Below the pieces are notes generated by a model, which saw nothing but the letters and a program-made list of their open reading frames with translations, ran no database searches and was not told where the DNA came from. A DNA stretch of 63,707 nucleotides, counting the filler, from Octopus bimaculoides (taxonomy: Eukaryota): the NCBI RefSeq assembly GCF_001194135.2. It is 6 parts of 5 records of this genome, joined end to end, with 100 filler letters (N's around TTAATTAATTAA, not from the genome) between each part and the next. Parts side by side here need not be neighbours in the genome. Positions count along the whole stretch, not along the records: positions 59,417 to 62,542 come from NC_069005.1; positions 62,643 to 63,707 come from NW_026393427.1; 4 more parts are not named here. One strand, given 5' to 3'. The position numbers were made by a program, and so were the translations under genes. Below, in pieces: positions 62,175-63,707 of the stretch. The stretch's first letter is position 1. Every line of letters begins with the position of its first letter.

Positions 62175-62476
62175 ATATATATAAATATATATAAGTATAT
62201 ATATTCACATATGTGTGTATATCACATGTATGATCAAAGCTACAAATGCTCACACATAGCACAATATTGGAAAGTGAATATCATCATCATCATCATCATC
62301 GTTTAACGTCCGCTTTCCATGCTAGCATGGGTTGGACGATTTGACTGAGGACTGGTGAAACCGGATGGCAACACCAGGCTCCAGTCTGATTTGGCAGTCT
62401 GAATATATGTATGTATATTCCTAGTTGTTGGCCAGTCACGTTATATGAACGTGTGCATCTTTTATTTGTATATATA

Positions 62477-62542
<66 letters not shown>

Positions 62543-62821
62543 NNNNNNNNNNNNNNNNNNNNNNNNNNNNNNNNNNNNNNNNNNNNTTAATTAATTAANN
62601 NNNNNNNNNNNNNNNNNNNNNNNNNNNNNNNNNNNNNNNNNNAAAAGTTATGAGTGTTTGTTTCTCAAATTTGAGGGTGATAATATTGTTCTATAAGGGG
62701 ACTTTTAATGTATTTCACCGGCGTCATTGAGGTAAGGAAAAAATTATCAACGACACCGCTAATTGACACATTTGACATATTATTAATTAGCATATAATTG
62801 CATAGCCTGGAAAAAACATGG

Positions 62822-63640
62822 ATTACATGGAAAAATGCGAGCAAAAGAAATAATATTCTTAACCTTATAAACCTGGAGAATTACGGGACAAGTTATTACA
62901 CTTGGAAAAGTGCAGGACAACTTATTACTTAAAATATTGCAGTCAAGGATAACATTTAAATATTAAAAATTATTTAATTTTAATTTACAAAGTAACATTA
63001 TAATAAAAAAAAATACTATCATTTTGTTAAAATATTGACACACTAGAATACTTAAAAAATGAGAGCCACCAATATAGATAAAGTTTATTCAAAGTAGAAC
63101 AGTATATATGGTAGGCAAATTCATTATGTAAAAAATAGGCATTGGGTCAAGACTAAAAATGTGAAGACTTGGCAATAACTTAGGCAATAACTCAAGCAAA
63201 TTTTACTGTGAATTTGTTGTTATAGGTAAATTTTACTGTAATATATAACTAATTTTTGTATTATTCTATTTATTGTGCTAACTACTACTAAGCCTACTGC
63301 TATCATCTTTTATAACCTATTTTCAAATTTCTAATTATTAATCAATAATGAGAAAAATTATTTTTTTAAAGTGCAAAAAATATTTTGAGTTATTTTCTAT
63401 TTTTGCTAGAAGTAACAAGTAATAACAAATAGAAGTAATAACTTGTAATAAAATTTTTAGTTTTAATAAAAGCTGATATTTTCTAAATCTAAATATTTTA
63501 TTTGAAATGTTATCCTTAGCTGCAATGTTTTAAATAAAAATGTTCTTGTTCTGTACTTTACCAGATGTAATAACTTCTGTAATTTTCCAGGTTTATAATG
63601 TTATGAATATTATTTCTCTCGATAGCATTTTCTTTGTAAT
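62822..63640. mobile_element. Old AT-rich element bounded by about 140-bp degenerate inverted repeats
   Basis: 62822-62960 aligns by eye to the reverse complement of 63501-63640 (for example aattttccaggtttataatgttatgaatattatttc versus aattctccaggtttataaggttaagaatattatttc). Confidence 0.55.
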
Positions 63641-63707
63641 ATATATATATATATATATGGACACAGAAGTGTGTCGATAGCCAGCTGGAGGAGATGTCCT
63701 CCTGGGG

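Overview
This is AT-rich, microsatellite-dense animal genomic DNA. The SINE/LINE families match, from recall, those of octopus; this is inference, not a database result. The window is stitched from six blocks by five artificial 44N-TTAATTAATTAA-44N joins and is mostly transposon relics: RTE LINEs, CR1-group LINEs, R4/Dong-type RLE LINE fragments, a Penelope-like element (RT plus GIY-YIG), three tRNA-headed SINE families, Helitron/Helentron pieces and MITEs. Four in-frame minus-strand exons (53669 to 48071) encode part of an unidentified coiled-coil protein, and weaker exon candidates lie near the left end. The most notable signal is a near-canonical type I hammerhead ribozyme at 9304-9368, inside a short inverted/tandem Penelope-LTR- or retrozyme-like repeat. 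Its palindromic helix III also holds an ATG and the donor of an apparent 60-nt GT-AG intron. A modular foldback element with GG termini and an 8-bp target-site duplication (TSD) at 508-1261 also stands out.
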